DNA from: Yuukianura sp. NJ FZ-2021
Lineage: Eukaryota
Direction of reading: 5' to 3'
Assembly: GCA_046563655.1 (NCBI GenBank)
Contig: CM102285.1
Location: 10,850,001 to 10,914,000 of the forward strand
Length of the DNA stretch: 64,000 nt
Shown: in pieces, positions 26,645-40,190 of the stretch
Numbering within the stretch: position 1 is the first letter of the stretch
Layout of the letters: each line of letters starts with the position of its first letter
Made by a program: the position numbers and the translations under genes
Notes under the pieces: model-generated
The model's database searches: none
The model's input: the letters and a program-made list of their open reading frames with translations, nothing else
Told to the model about the DNA's origin: nothing

Positions 26645-29600
26645 CTGGAAGTGATTAAGAAATTACAAGATCAATTTTCCAATCTATGTCGTCGTCAATG
26701 ACGCAAGGAAGACTTTGGTAGTGTAGCAACCGTTGACATCGACATGAACTTTTAGTCTTATTCAGGCCACTCGGTTCCCAAGTCTCCTGATAATTCAAGA
26801 CAAGAAAAATAGAACTAATTGGGCAGAGAAAGTACGTGATCCTTGAGGAAAAGTCGTTAGGGATGCCGCGATGAGGAGTTTTAAAAAGAACTAGCAAATT
26901 CAATGGCCCAAAATACATGGAAAATATGGAAAAAGGTGGTCGGAAGGCGGATATTTGTGAGACCTTGAATAACTGAATAATTAATTACCTTAGACATCAG
27001 ATAATGAACAAACTACTTAGCGAACTTGCAACAACAGAAACATACTGCTTAAGATTCAGCTTCAGTTACTAATTTCTGGCGGAAATTTTTAATAGGAAAC
27101 CCTTGCCTTTTCTGCTTTAAAAGCGCTAAATACAAAAATTTGAAGTTAGAATACCAGTGAAAGTCTTTCATGGCACAACCCCGTCTCGAAAAATAGTAAT
27201 TCACAATTTTTTTTAGGAAATGAACAATCTTGCTAGGACGCGCCCCAAAGTTTCTACTCCGCATCAAGAAATTCTGGAAAAGGAAACAGGATAAAAAATT
27301 GAAATTTTTGAAAATGCTTCATCTGAAATTCATATTTCGACGTTTTTTTTTCCAGATTGACTATATCGAGAAAATAATTTCTCAAAGCCAACATCACAAT
27401 TCTGTGGCGCACAATACACGATTTTAGCAGTACGTAATTCCTAGAGTCTATAACCTTCCAAATAAGAGTATTTTAAAACCCCAGTAAAACTACAAAATCT
27501 AACCCACAAAACCGAAATATTGCGAGAGTTTGCCACCACGATATTGCTAATAATCCTTTTTGAAAAACCCTGACCTGAAATTAGAATACCTCATTCAAAA
27601 GTCTGTAAACCTTGTAAGGCCATCGCTTTGATAATTATCTAATAAACTGAAGCGGAAACTTTCACTAGCTTTTTTTAACGTCCTTAAAATTTGAAGCCAA
27701 AAGGCGGTTACTTTCACTTAAATGTTAAAATTAATTAATCCTATGCCTGACGTGTAAAAGTTCTGATGAAAACCTGCGAATTGTAACTACGTTTTCAAGC
27801 TTTGAGGCGTCATTCCTTAAGACAGGAATCCCAAATTTCAGATTTAAAAAGTCACGTTTTTACGGAAAAACGGGATTAACTATTTCCTTTTACTTTTACT
27901 CAGACTACTACCAGCTGGGACGTCTTCCTTATTTTAAAATTACAAACTTTCGTTAAAACAAAAGTTACTTTCACTTTGTACTCTGAAAAATTTCTTCATT
28001 ATGCCAGAAGAAAAAATTTTGTCTAATTGCAAGGTTCAACAAAAGAATAAAAAAAAATTCTAAAACAAAAAGTGAAATTAAAAAAAAATCCGAAACTAGA
28101 AGAAAGCTTAAGACAAATAATGCCGAAATCAAGCAAACAGCAACAGTTTGTTGGTTTTACAAGTTTGTAAATGTTTTTCCTTACTTCAAGCCAAACCGCG
28201 AAGTTTACGTTTCAGATGAAAATAGGACAAGGAAGATCCGACTAGGAAGTTGCGGTTGCAGTCCGACTTGGTCAAATTCAAATTCTAGTTTGGTTGGTTG
28301 TGAACCACCCCGAGAGAAAGTTGTAACAAAAGAAGCCTCAATCTCCAAGAAAAGTCAAGAGAGTCCAAACTACCATGACGCAGTTCTTCTCGTGGAATGC
28401 TTTTGTAAAAAGTAGTTCGGCAAACTATGCAACATGAATTTTAGAACACGTTTTTTAGAACAGAGGAGGCAAAGTGTTGTGTTTACGATGGTGGCCCAGG
28501 ACGAGTGCTTTTATAGCAGGGACAAGGAGAGTTCTAGATGAAAGCATATGACATGAGAGGATCAACTTCAACCAAAAGACTCTGCTACCCTTGGCAGCAC
28601 GGGACACAATGGTTTTAGTGCTTTCACTTTCCGCCCCCTGCTCTCGCCCCTGCCGATTACCAAGAACTGCTGAATTTTGTTTCAAAAAGTATTATTTTGA
28701 GCAGAGGGGAATCAAGTAGATGAAGGAGACTTAAACAGATTAAGTGTGAAGAGAGTTAATCTAGTTAACACCAAATTAACTTTTACTTTCACCAAAACTT
28801 TCCCTTCTCGTCCTCCGCCATGTGAAGGTGCAGTAGTAACAGTTTTTTTGACCTAAATTGGAAACGGAATTTGCACAAACAGAAAAAATCATATTATCTT
28901 GAACAAAAAATAGTTCATTTTCAGAATTTTTTGTCCCAACCTTACAGAACTGAAGTTTTGTCTAAAATAAAAAAACGAAAGCACCCAAGACCATCCATGT
29001 TTTTTCCAAGAACCTTTTTCTTTTTGTAAAACAAGAGCGAAAAACATTCATTTATGCTCCGCTCTCCTTTTTTTTCGGCAAAACTCGTGCAAATTATGCG
29101 TTGTTCAAAGAAATGTTTCATTATTAAACTGCCCTTAATTTTAACAGAATCAGCAGGATCATGTTTCTATTTGTTGCTCCATGTGCCTAAAAGCTTCCTT
29201 CCGGAATGACGCAGCATCCTTTTCATTAATAAACAGGCAATAAAGTTTTAAAATTTTGATTTTCGTTCAAAATCACTTTGTTACATTTTTCGAATATATT
29301 ATTTACTTGTTGTCCAAAAATAAAACACCTTAACAGATTCATATAACCCTAAACACAACAAATTCCGTATCCTGCTTCATAATTCTCTTTGATCATCTCG
29401 CAAATAATATTGTCAAAGATCAAACATGAGTTTTCCCCAGGTAGTATAGCGAAACTTTCTCTGCTTTCTCCTATTGCACAACTCAACCGGAAATGCCTAC
29501 CACTCAAAATGATTGCAATAAAGGCCGCACAATCTAGTGGAGTGGGGCAGTAGAACGCAGGATGTACGATGACGACAGTTTTTAGAACAAGAGCACAAGA

Positions 29601-30784
29601 AATTTCAAAATTGCATTAAAAAAAACCCTAACCATCTAAACCTAACCATTACATTCCTGGACAACTTATACAAGTCTATAACCTTATTCCTTCTTTACTT
29701 CTGACTAACTTTACTAGCTACAGAAAACTGACTACTCGAAATGAAATTTTGCAACTCAAATTTTAAAAATTGAAGCTAAAACCTACTCCGGAAACTGAAA
29801 AAGAAATTACTTCCGATTAGGCAGGGCAGCAACGCTGCAAGCCTAGAGAAAAGTGAAAGTTGTAGGCATCACAAATATTAATACAAAAACGTGTAGCGAG
29901 TAGGCGAGGAACAAGGTCCATATAGGCACAACGCGACAAGGACAAATGTGGAAATGAAAAAACCGAAAAAAAAAGTCAGACGTTGTTCAATGCTGAATTT
30001 AGATACGCTTCTTATATTTTCGTTTCGCAGGAGAAACTAATCATCTTTCCCTTTCGAATCTTCTGAACTTTTGTAGTGACTCTCAGTGAAAGCGGATGGA
30101 GACGGCCATTTCCTTCTACTATTTTCACACATCCTCCAGAAATACAATTTTTACATTCAATTCCATTATTGGAAAGGCGTTACAATGCCTTTTTCACCTT
30201 ATGCGGATTATAAGACGTAACCTGAACTAAAGACAGCGTCTTTGAAGAACCGACAGGAAAAAGGAGCTTTCTCCTTTTCCCTTGTCCTTTCACCATGTCG
30301 TCAATGTAATCAAAATATCAAAATCTTTCATGCAGTCAAGCAAAAAAAAAATCTACCGAGTGAAAGTACATCACAGGGACACTCAACAACGCAGTACCAT
30401 GGATCCGATTCTATTTTAAGACAGCAAAACATAACGTATTACGCGAAAACGCTACCAAATTAGCCCAATGATGTCATTTGCCAAGGAATAAATTAATAAC
30501 TAAATCCGAACCATGCTGAATATCGAGAATTTGGATAATTTTAGCCGCTAAGATTACGCAGCACTTTCACTCAACTTATTTTAGCCATACAAATTCAACA
30601 AATGGTGAAAATTACAAATTATGAATAACTCATTTTATAATGTTAGTAAGTGGATTGCTTCATTTCTTGCATGACCCCTCTCCAGTTATTACGCAGAACT
30701 CCTTGTTAGTTAATCTTGAACGTCCTACGCGAGGATGGACTCGACCTAAATCTATTTTTTGAAATGTTGATATGGAACAGATTT

Positions 30785-33700
30785 TCATTCGCTTGAAACG
30801 TTTCCAGCAACAGCAGTAGTGAGGATTGGCGAAAAGTCAATTTGTCTACTACTGATGATTTGTCTCCACTCCTTCACCATAACTCTGACAATAGAGGTGA
30901 AAAAAGAAGAATACTTTGGAACTTCTGAATATCTGTCAAATTGATCCAAGTTGTCCAAAATTTTGAGGGTTAAACTCTCGTAGTTTTGGCGTACAACTTC
31001 GACAATCTGTGAATTCAAAACCAACAAACCCAAAATTAGCAACACACAGTTACAAAATTCTACCAATCACGAAGTTCAAACACGATTCGTACGCTTTCCA
31101 TCACGCCTGATCCGACAACGTTAACGTTAAACTTTCATGAAACTTCCGATCTAACTAAGGGAATCCTAAACTACAAACCGATCCTGTAATCGCGACCTTT
31201 AATAAAAGTATCTGGCTTAAATCCGAACTGGAGCTCAACGTTACGCTAAAGCTGAAATTCCAAACCATGAGGAAAGATTGGAATGTCGAAATCAGAGTTC
31301 GCATCTAACGGAATGTGTTAACCGGTAGTTGTGTGCAAACTTTCGCAGAACCTGGAACGCATTAAGATGTCGCGTCACAGAAAAACTCAACAGAGCAAGT
31401 AATTCAATTTCCGATTTCCTACTTTTTCAATTTATGTGTTCCGCTGATAGGCAAGCTCAATAAGCTTTAAACCTCTTCCTTGAGGATCGAAAGAGGAAAC
31501 AAGCAATGAACTTTCATTATGGTACCTCGTCTAACCCAATTTTTCCGCATTCGGATTCACTGCAAATCATTTACCAGACTGTACCGTAATCGTAAAATTC
31601 GGAATTACTGCAGTAAAATTCCAAAGGTTATTCCGTTAGTCATGGAAAAAAGATAGACGCTAGCGACCGGCAAGAGTTGCCCAGTGACGTAATAATAAAT
31701 TTTCAATGCGGAAAACCGTATTAATTGAAAAAGCGCTAGACGTTTTGCCCTAGTTTAGTTTTGGAAAGCAGGAAATAACTTGGAAGCTTCGTGAGAAAGT
31801 ATGAAAGAAAGGACGAAAAAATGAAAACGACAATTACCTGCTCTTCACTCGGTGTTGAAATGTTCTGACTGGTGAGGTATTGCTCTATTTTCGGTGAAAA
31901 GTGATTAAGAATCCCACGAATATTCTGCAAGTTTTGGTAGAGTTTTGCTGCTGTGAGCTTGTAGTCCCCAGTTGTAACATTTGAATATCGATTTGCTAAA
32001 AAGGAGTAACAGAATTGATATCACAATAATACATAAAGGAGGAGAGTACATGAGAGGCACACATACCTAATGTTCCAAGGGCATCAAACGTTTGTTGCCA
32101 ACGAATAATCTCATAGTAAAGTTCATCGTATGCCGCAGGAGTAACGAGGAATGTGTCTCCAAACGTCACGAATAAGTTGACCATATTCACAATTTGCAGG
32201 GCCATGGCGAAAATATCAAATTTCTTCAGAAGTGATGCCTCATTGCTGCAAAGGAACTTCAAAGCAGTGAAGAAGGCAGCCCATAGTTGACGCCAGTCAT
32301 AGTGTACCCTTGTTCTTGATTTCTTTTGGTAGCACAGAACACGATGGATAATTCCTGCGAGATCAAAGCTTATTTCATTTGGCGCTAGTTAATAACTTCC
32401 AAATAGATCCAAATGAAGGAAGGCAGAGCCAAATGCATACCAATTGATTGCATGTAGATCTCAAACGGAAGACGTTTTGTCAAGTGAGTCATCAAAAATT
32501 CGACGTTAAGATCTGAAAACGCAATACATTAATAAACGGCAATCGGGTAATAACAATCAGAGTCAGCAGTCAGCCATAGTCACTTATCATACTCGTAACA
32601 ATTCGGGCTCACCAATCAATGAGCAAACCAGCGGTGCTGGCTTTGCAAGATCTGGAGATATCTTTCGATGTCTCATGGGTACACGATGAAGTTGAACCTG
32701 TAATTTACAAAATACACTGTAAATTGAAACGTTCAAAAGATAAACTTTGGTGTAGGTGAACATTCACAGTAATCGTTAGCAAGTCGTTGTTTCATACAAA
32801 ATTAAAACAAGACTTTGCAGTTTTTATAAGAAATTAGTAAGCAAGATTTATCACTCGTCACTTACCCGAAATACTAAATGTGGGTCGCTCATTAGCGCAT
32901 TGGCGTACTGATCTTCGGCAATACATGAAAGAACAATAAAGCAGAGCTTTGTAAGATTGAATCCGGCTTCAGTCTTGACGTCTTGCATGATCAAGGAACT
33001 ATAAAGTTATAACACAAAGAGACATAGTAGTCAAGCAGGAAGGTGATGTTACAAAATTCAGACTAACCAGTATTCCAGAAATGTAACAAGTAAATTCGTT
33101 GGAGGCAATTGGAGCGGCGATGCTATATTCTGTCCCAAAGAATTTGAAGGGCTTGTATCAGTTTTAGTATTTGCCAGCGCAGTCATGAAGTTCCGATTGA
33201 GATGAACAATTTCGTAGAAAGCCACAAGCAAGCCGATTCGCGTGCCACTGAAAGTAACAAAAATTGTCACTGTCAAAGGCCACAGTTAACAGCATGCTAT
33301 AATGTTGTCAATTCTTATTTTTTGAAGTACGAAATGTTTTCGGGTTTGCCGTTCTCGTCTGTCGTGAAAATAGAGCCGATTGACCCCACCATTGATGAAA
33401 TTGAATGCAACCAGCCAGAAGAATTATCGACCAAAGGGTTGTGTTCCATGCAAAACTCGGAGAGTCCGGTTGTAATTGCCTAAATCCAGGTATAGGTATA
33501 AATAACACATAGTAATAGCCCACTTGTTGAACAAGCCGGAAGGATTATTACGAAATCGATTGCAATCCTTACCTGACTGTAGCCATTCAGCGTGACATGA
33601 TCATCGACGAGTGATAGTCTGACCGCACAAGCATTGGGACGGTCTTTCTCAAAGTTGACCAAAAGGCCCATTATAAGTAAGCAGTCATAGCCGAATTCCA

Positions 33701-34577
33701 AACGTGTTTCCGTTTGACTAAGAAGCCAAAACAGGCTTTCGATCAGAGCACTGCTATTAACAAAGTATTCCACAACCCGATTCTTCGATACGATTTCTGT
33801 TGCTGTCATAATCATCAACAGCGCATGCATCATTGCTTGTTTGACACACGTAGGATACTCTCCTATGAACATCAATATATTCGTTACAATAAACCAGACT
33901 TAATCTATGTAGTATATCATGCCAAGAATTGAAGATGTGGCTCTCACCCGTGAGTATTGTTGATCCATGATTCAAGAGATTTGTAGTGACACCTTCAGCA
34001 CTTTCGAATCCCATAAGAGCATCGAGCAAATCGTATCCAAATTCTGCCTTGATTAGCTTAACAACTCCATCAACCACGGACGTCATCGTCTAAGGTCAGA
34101 TAAAGAAGCAAATTGGGCATTATAATACCAGCACAAAGGGATGAATACCAAATAAGTTTCAATAATTTAACCTGAAGGGAGTTGCAAATTTTGATATGAT
34201 GCGAGTTAGAGTTGGCATCTCCTAGAACGTTTACGCATTGGCAGAAGAGATTCCGTATCATTGGTTTGATGAAGCTTAGTTGATCGCCTCGAACCTTGCA
34301 TATTTCACTTTCTAATGCTGCCGGCTTTGGCTTCAACAAGAAAAATTCTTCCCAAAAGTTTGTGTTTGTCAGGGAAGGATCATCTCCCTAAATAAAACCA
34401 TAAAATGGTAAAGCGTTCAGTATGCATGCAGTTAGTTTACTTCAATTGATAATCTGACTCCTCTGATCATCAGCTGGTGTGATTGCTTACCTGAAACAGC
34501 TGCTCATAAATCTGAACAACTTTCTCTTTCAATTGTTTCTTCCCTATGGAATGACTGGATGACTTCCGCATCGACAT
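30785..34577 (-). CDS. ARMH3: Armadillo-like helical domain-containing protein 3 (C10orf76/UPF0668 homologue), 12 exons
   Basis: Exons 34491-34577, 34172-34387, 33948-34089, 33573-33862, 33331-33479, 33068-33247, 32866-32998, 32613-32697, 32441-32512, 32067-32354, 31838-31995, 30785-31006; all GT-AG and in frame. Diagnostic peptides: KKQLKEKVVQIY, FWEEFFLLK, NLLVTFLEY, LHRVPMRHR, FVTFGDTFL..PAAYDELYYEIIR, VVRQNYESLTLK. Confidence 0.95.
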
Positions 34578-34706
34578 GTCGTCCTGCTCTCGCCGTCGTT
34601 AAATTGTCGAGAATTCAGTTTAGTTCTAAGTATTCGTGGACGGTGTAAACACCGGCGGTCACTAGTCTCATGGGTTCGAGGCTTCCTTCTTCCCTTTACT
34701 AGTAGT

Positions 34707-34720
34707 TATCGATATCGATT
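34707..34720. promoter_or_regulatory. DRE-like element (TATCGATA overlapping TATCGATT) about 130 bp upstream of the ARMH3 ATG
   Basis: TATCGATATCGATT is seen directly. TATCGATA is the DREF-binding housekeeping promoter element of insects; function here is inferred. Confidence 0.55.
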
Positions 34721-34971
34721 GCCACTATTCACTAATGATGGAACCGATGAGCGATGACATGATGACACGGTGAAATCTTAATGACAGATACAGAATTTGA
34801 AAAAGACTGAAACTGAATCCAAAAAGCGGTCTCCCTAAAAGTCGGACCTCGGATTCCTCAGAGTCCTTCGCTTTCTACGAGTGGGTTGAAGTAAACTTGG
34901 GTGACTGAACTGTCCCCGCTGGTTCAAATTTTCGCGCAGCCTCCATTGTAGTAGGTATACCCACAAGTCAG

Positions 34972-35234
34972 TTCCGCCAGTCAAATACATCCAAAAGTTG
35001 AATTTCAGCTGAATTTTTCAAAATTCCAATTCCGCTAAAAGTAAGCGTAAGTGCGAATTTTTCAAAATTCTGCCCCGTCAAAAAGTTAGAGAACAGGTGA
35101 ATTTTTAACGAGACAACCATTTCGAGACGTTAGAGTACGCGTGAATTTTCCGCCAGTCAAATACATCCAAAAGTTGAATTTCAGCTGAATTCCTCTAAAA
35201 GTAAGCGTAAATGTGAATTTTTCAAAATTCTGCC
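34972..35234. repeat. ~100-bp direct duplication in the divergent ARMH3 / zinc-finger intergenic region
   Basis: TTCCGCCAGTCAAATACATCCAAAAGTTGAATTTCAGCTGAATT...CTAAAAGTAAGCGTAA...GAATTTTTCAAAATTCTGCC occurs at 34972-35074 and 35148-35234. The second copy has a short internal deletion. Confidence 0.85.
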
Positions 35235-36109
35235 ATGTCTTGAGTGACAGTGAGTTGGAAAAACTTGGTTGGGTCTTCTAACAACAGATCACCCGCGATG
35301 ACGCCCAGCCGTGCAATAAGGTAGGATACCTGCCTAAAATGTACAATCCAGTATGGTCACAATGGTGTACATAATCCTTCCGTCAATTTGAAATTAAATA
35401 GCGCCAAATTCAAACTAGGTAAAGATTGTGAAATACACTAAAACCCGGAATTTGTATACCGCAAGTCGCACTTCAAGCAAACAAAGCGAATGAATAGGAA
35501 TATGCGTAGTGGCGAATGTCAACTGATCGATTGTTCTGAGAAATTTAACGGATGTGTGTTATTTATAAATTTCCTTCCAGCAAAATATCCAAAATTAACA
35601 ATATGTGTTACTGCGAACGAATCTGTGAAACGGAACTTGTGTTACTTAATAGCCGAGAGCCGATGATGGAGATGGATAAAAACGAAACGTTCTGTTCAGA
35701 TATCGTCCAGTCCGAAAGTCCGTCGAAAAGGGAATCCTAGATGCCTTTACATAAGGCATTTACATAATCTTCTTAATTTTTAACACTAATGTACTTTGCA
35801 CTGCAAAGTTTGCAGGCAATTGTTTTTTGAAAGTGGACGATTCACCTTTCACCATCGACTCCGGTACGTCAATCTATTAAACAATCACGCTATTCCACTG
35901 TGAGTGGGACGGGAGTACATTTATGCCTTGTGCGTATTTTTTTTTTGTGTTTTCAGTTCAGTCAGTTAACCCCACAGTCACCATTGCTACTACAACGTAC
36001 AACGTATGCCCCAATAACGGCGACTTATAAACGAACGTCTAAAAAAGGGAACGTCTAACCTCATGAAAAACAAATAACTGATTTGTTAAGTAAGTGATAC
36101 GTAATTAGT

Positions 36110-39100
36110 ATGTATAAAATCGATGCCACCACTCTAATAGGCACCACCGACGAGATACAGAATGTGGAGGAAGAATGTATTTTACCTTTCAAATACGGAG
36201 GCCAAGAAGAAATTACTGATGCAAATGATCTTTACGGCAATTCGAAGTCAATCCCAGCAAAGCTGGGTACTACTACTTCGTTTCCCCAACCACCGCTTGT
36301 TCCCAGCGTGAATTTGATGGATATTAAGTTCTGTAGTTTTCAAGACAGATCGCACTGTTCTAATTGTTACAAAGAACTCTCACCATACGATGATGTCTGT
36401 AATCGGCCGGGAATGAAATTTGGTGACATTCTGTGCAGCAGAAAGTCGTCTTTTAGAAAAGGTAAAATAAGTTTTAAAAAGATATGGACTGTTGTGAGAA
36501 CGAAACTTCGTAGCTTGGACAATTCTGAATTTGATTGTTGACTACTCGTTTTGATCAGGTCCAGAATATCTCAGTGTAACAGTTTTGGAAGCGCTGGATA
36601 TAATTTTTGAATTGAACAAGAAGTCCTACATATCAGAAGTTATATTGGATGATATGGAATATTCTATTTGCTGGAAATGCTCCTCCATTTTGACGAAACT
36701 TTTCAAACTTTATGTGGAATTTACTGATTGTACCGAATCTCCTTCATATATTAAGGTAAAGTAATCCGATTATTTTAATGAAGTAGCTTTTTACGGTGTT
36801 TGTGTTTCCTACTTATTTGTGCAACCAAAAAGTGAATTTTTGATTTGTATTACTTTTCAAGGCAATAATTTGTCACAACAAAGCCCTCACTACGCAAAAT
36901 TGTGCATTGGAAGATGGATTCGCCGATGAAGCACAATGTGGGACTGTGGACTCATGTTACAGTGACTGTGAAGATCCTCAACTTAACTTCGAAGTTAATT
37001 TTCAGGAAGAAGAGGACTCATACGTTCCACCGTCTCAAGGTATTGAATTGAATCATTTATCGGCCACCATTTTTGAGATGTTTGACGAGTGATCTGGAGC
37101 CTATATCGCATTATCAACGTCTTCCTTTTTACACAGGTTCAGCCCTCAGGAAAAGAAAGGGGTCACATGAAGCTCTCGGATTACAGGAAAGTGACACTCA
37201 GCGCTCCGCAGAAGACATTTATGTGGAACCGGCACCAGTTAAGCGAGGCAGAGGGCGACCAAGGAAAAACGTGACTGCGCAATTCCGCAATGTTCCAAAG
37301 GTAATGCAGCACCAAATCTCTCGATTCTCTCGCTGACTTTCGGATTCTATAGCATTGCTTCCCAATAAGGTTTTTCTTAATTTTTATCATTATTTGTGTC
37401 CAGAATACATCAGAAACGTTGACCACCACAAAAGAAGATCTAAAAAGACCTAAAACCGACAGGAGAAGTGAAAAGGATCGAGTGTTACCGTATAAGTGTA
37501 ATGAATGCTCCGCGCTGTTCTCCAGACCCTCAAGACTTGAGCGACACTCCGCTGTCCATTTCGGTAGAAGATACGTGTGCTCAAAGTGCAATGCAGGTTT
37601 TAAATTTTCAATTTATCTCGACCGTCATCGAGCAACACAGCATCCAAGAACTCGCGACGACCAAAAAGACATTGGAAGTCCTCGGAAAATTAAAACTGGA
37701 AAAATCAAAGTAACGACAGCGAGAGGCAAGCTTTCTGGGGGAGAACTTCGTCGAGCTCATGTTTGTCGCGATTGTGGATTAGTATTTACAACACCATCGG
37801 GACTCCTTCGTCATTCACAACTGCACGATAATAGTGCTTACGCATGCGATGAACCGGACTGTAACGAAGAGTTTGCGTCTAGGCGACTTCTAATACGTCA
37901 TAAAGTCGACACTCACAACATGGGGCCTAGTGAATTACAAGACTTGCAGATGAGGCCGTTATTGCTAACAAGGTTGAAGAGAAAACTTCGAAACAAGCAC
38001 GTAATAGATGCGGAATTCCCAACGAGTCAGACAGAAGAGAAGAGGACTAGCAGATTTAAATGTACACAATGTTGTCAGTCGTTCTCCAGGTCAGATCACA
38101 TTATCCGTCACCTCAGTGTTCATGCAGAGAACACTTATGTCTGTGATCTTTGCGATGGTGGATTTACAACCGTAAGTTTTGACACTTTATCCTATCCTCT
38201 TTGTAAGAACTAAAGATTACTTCTTCCTGTTCCACAGATCAAACAACTTGAAGAACATATCAATACTGCACATACACCTAAAGAGAAACAAAAACGAAAT
38301 CACTGGCGAACGAGGAAAGCGGCAGAGAAAATCCGAATTCCACGAAATTGTCCTGAAGAAGGATGTACGTATACTTTTACAAGGACAAATCATTTAAGGC
38401 AGCACCTTCTATCCAAGCACAATGGAAAAGTTCTTCCTCCCGACGAGGCACAGACTTGCCCAGTGTGTAACTTAGTTTTAAAATCTAAGGCAAGACTCGA
38501 TAATCATCTTCAAAGGCATAGACCACTTATTCGAGAAAATTCATATCAATGTGATATCTGCGGCAAGAAATACAGAGATGCCAACATCTTGCGCAATCAC
38601 AAGGTATTATAAACTTTATAATATCTTCAGTTTTAATGGAATTTTGACGTTTTATTTTCGTTTCTTATTTTAGGGATGTCATGGTTTATCGAAACCTTAT
38701 ATATGCGAGAAGTGTGGTTATGCAAGTAGGACGTCGTATCAACTGACACGCCATAATGAAATGGTTCATGTGGGCACCAGGAGTCATCACTGTAAAGAAT
38801 GTGGGGTGAGTGTTTAGAACAAATATCAGGGAGACTTTAATAATCTAATTAACTACTAACCTGAACATTTGGTAAGCCTGATCATTTGTGTAGCAATCTT
38901 TTAAGAAAAAGCAGCATTTGATTGACCACACCATGACCCACAAAACGATGGAGTACAGACCATATTCATGTACAGTGGAGGGATGCACAAAGGCTTATAG
39001 GTGAGAACTATTGTTTGTTTTAAAACAAAGCTTGTCCTAAGTTTTAAATACTTACGCAAATTGCAACTTTTATTAACAGGTCAAAGAGAAATTTGAGACA

Positions 39101-39608
39101 GCACCTCGAGGCACATACCAACTCCAAATTTCAGTGTGAGACTTGTGGCCGTGTTTTTACGAGAAAGGTATCCGGACATGACATATAAATTAATTGCATA
39201 AGTAGAAAGTTTTAAGTATTCCGCTATTTGCAGGACAATTTAAAAGTCCATGTTGATACCGTACATCTGGGAAAGCCTGGAAGGACTCAGAAGGAGAAAG
39301 AAAAGGTGAAAGCTGAGGGCGGATCATCTCCACCGAAAAAAGTTCGCAAGCGAAAACAAACAAGCGTCAAAACCGGTGATCAGATTATCGACATTGGAAA
39401 TGAAGGTGGGAAGTCAACGAACGAAGAAGGGCAAGCCGGTCAGACCCATCAAGTAGTAATCGTGGAAGAAGCCAGTATTCATCACCTTCAGCAACACCAA
39501 CAGTTTCATCTTCTAACAGATGCTCGAATTATCCAACAGGGAACTCTTAATTCAGGTCAGAATATTGTAATACCTAATCCATTTGGAGAATTCTTTTATA
39601 CTCTTTGA
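36110..39608 (+). CDS. ZAD-like + AT-hook + ~13 C2H2 zinc-finger protein, 10 exons (start codon uncertain)
   Basis: Exons 36110-36461, 36559-36755, 36862-37039, 37137-37300, 37404-38171, 38238-38603, 38674-38805, 38894-39000, 39080-39167, 39234-39608 splice in frame. N-terminal CSNC...CWKC four-cysteine domain, KRGRGRPRK AT-hook and repeated CxxC-x12-HxxxH fingers. Confidence 0.88.
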
Positions 39609-40040
39609 CGAAAATAATCTTAAACGTTAAACCAACCATTAGTATTTTTTTTGGGTTTAGTTTAATTGTTGACGAGTGACATCGATATATGTATACCAAT
39701 TTTTTGTTCTATCAATTATTGTCTTTTTATTTTTTATGGTGTTACGAATTCTACACCGATACCAAAAACTGCCGATAATAATATGCAAGATACTAATTCC
39801 TAAACGTCTAAATTATCATTAGATTAATAAACGGATCATCGTACAAAAACCAAAAGAAAATAAATTCTATGAATTGTATGCCCAACGCCGTTAATTCAGA
39901 ATACGGAATTGACTATAAACAAAAAGTGTGAAAAAAAATTAATATGCAAAGCTCGGCGCTTCCCACTCTGCAGTCTCTGCCCGCACGAGCGAATCACAGG
40001 AGCGGAGAACTAAGTTGAAAAAATCGGGGATTTCAGCAGT

Positions 40041-40190
40041 GTGCGCTGTTGCGCAGTTTGTGCGCTGTTGCGCAGTTTGTGCGCTGTTGCGCAGTTTGTG
40101 CGCTGTTGCGCAGTTTGTGCGCTGTTGCGCAGTTTGTGCGCTGTTGCGCAGTTTGTGCGCAGATATATATATAATATATATATATATATA
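40041..40190. repeat. Perfect 19-bp minisatellite (GTGCGCTGTTGCGCAGTTT, ~6.3 copies) followed by a (TA)n tract
   Basis: Units start at 40041, 40060, 40079, 40098, 40117 and 40136, with a partial unit at 40155. TA microsatellite at about 40163-40190. Confidence 0.95.

Noticed and set aside
31007..31837. Hidden ncRNA in the unusually long last ARMH3 intron
   Set aside because: I found no box C/D pair, tRNA fold or long hairpin by eye. A covariance-model search would be needed to exclude one fully.
34734..34816. Box C/D snoRNA (ATGATGA...CTGA)
   Set aside because: The C-to-D distance is short, there is no terminal stem or recognisable rRNA guide, and it lies in a promoter region.
39168..39233. 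U12-type intron (donor GTATCC)
   Set aside because: The donor continues GG rather than TT, and there is no TCCTTAAC-like branch point. GTATCT at 41949 fails in the same way.
39606..39617. Stop-codon readthrough at the TGA-C of the first zinc-finger gene
   Set aside because: An in-frame TAA follows after only two codons.
40041..40160. CRISPR-like array
   Set aside because: Repeat units are contiguous with no unique spacers, there are no cas genes, and the context is eukaryotic. It is a minisatellite.
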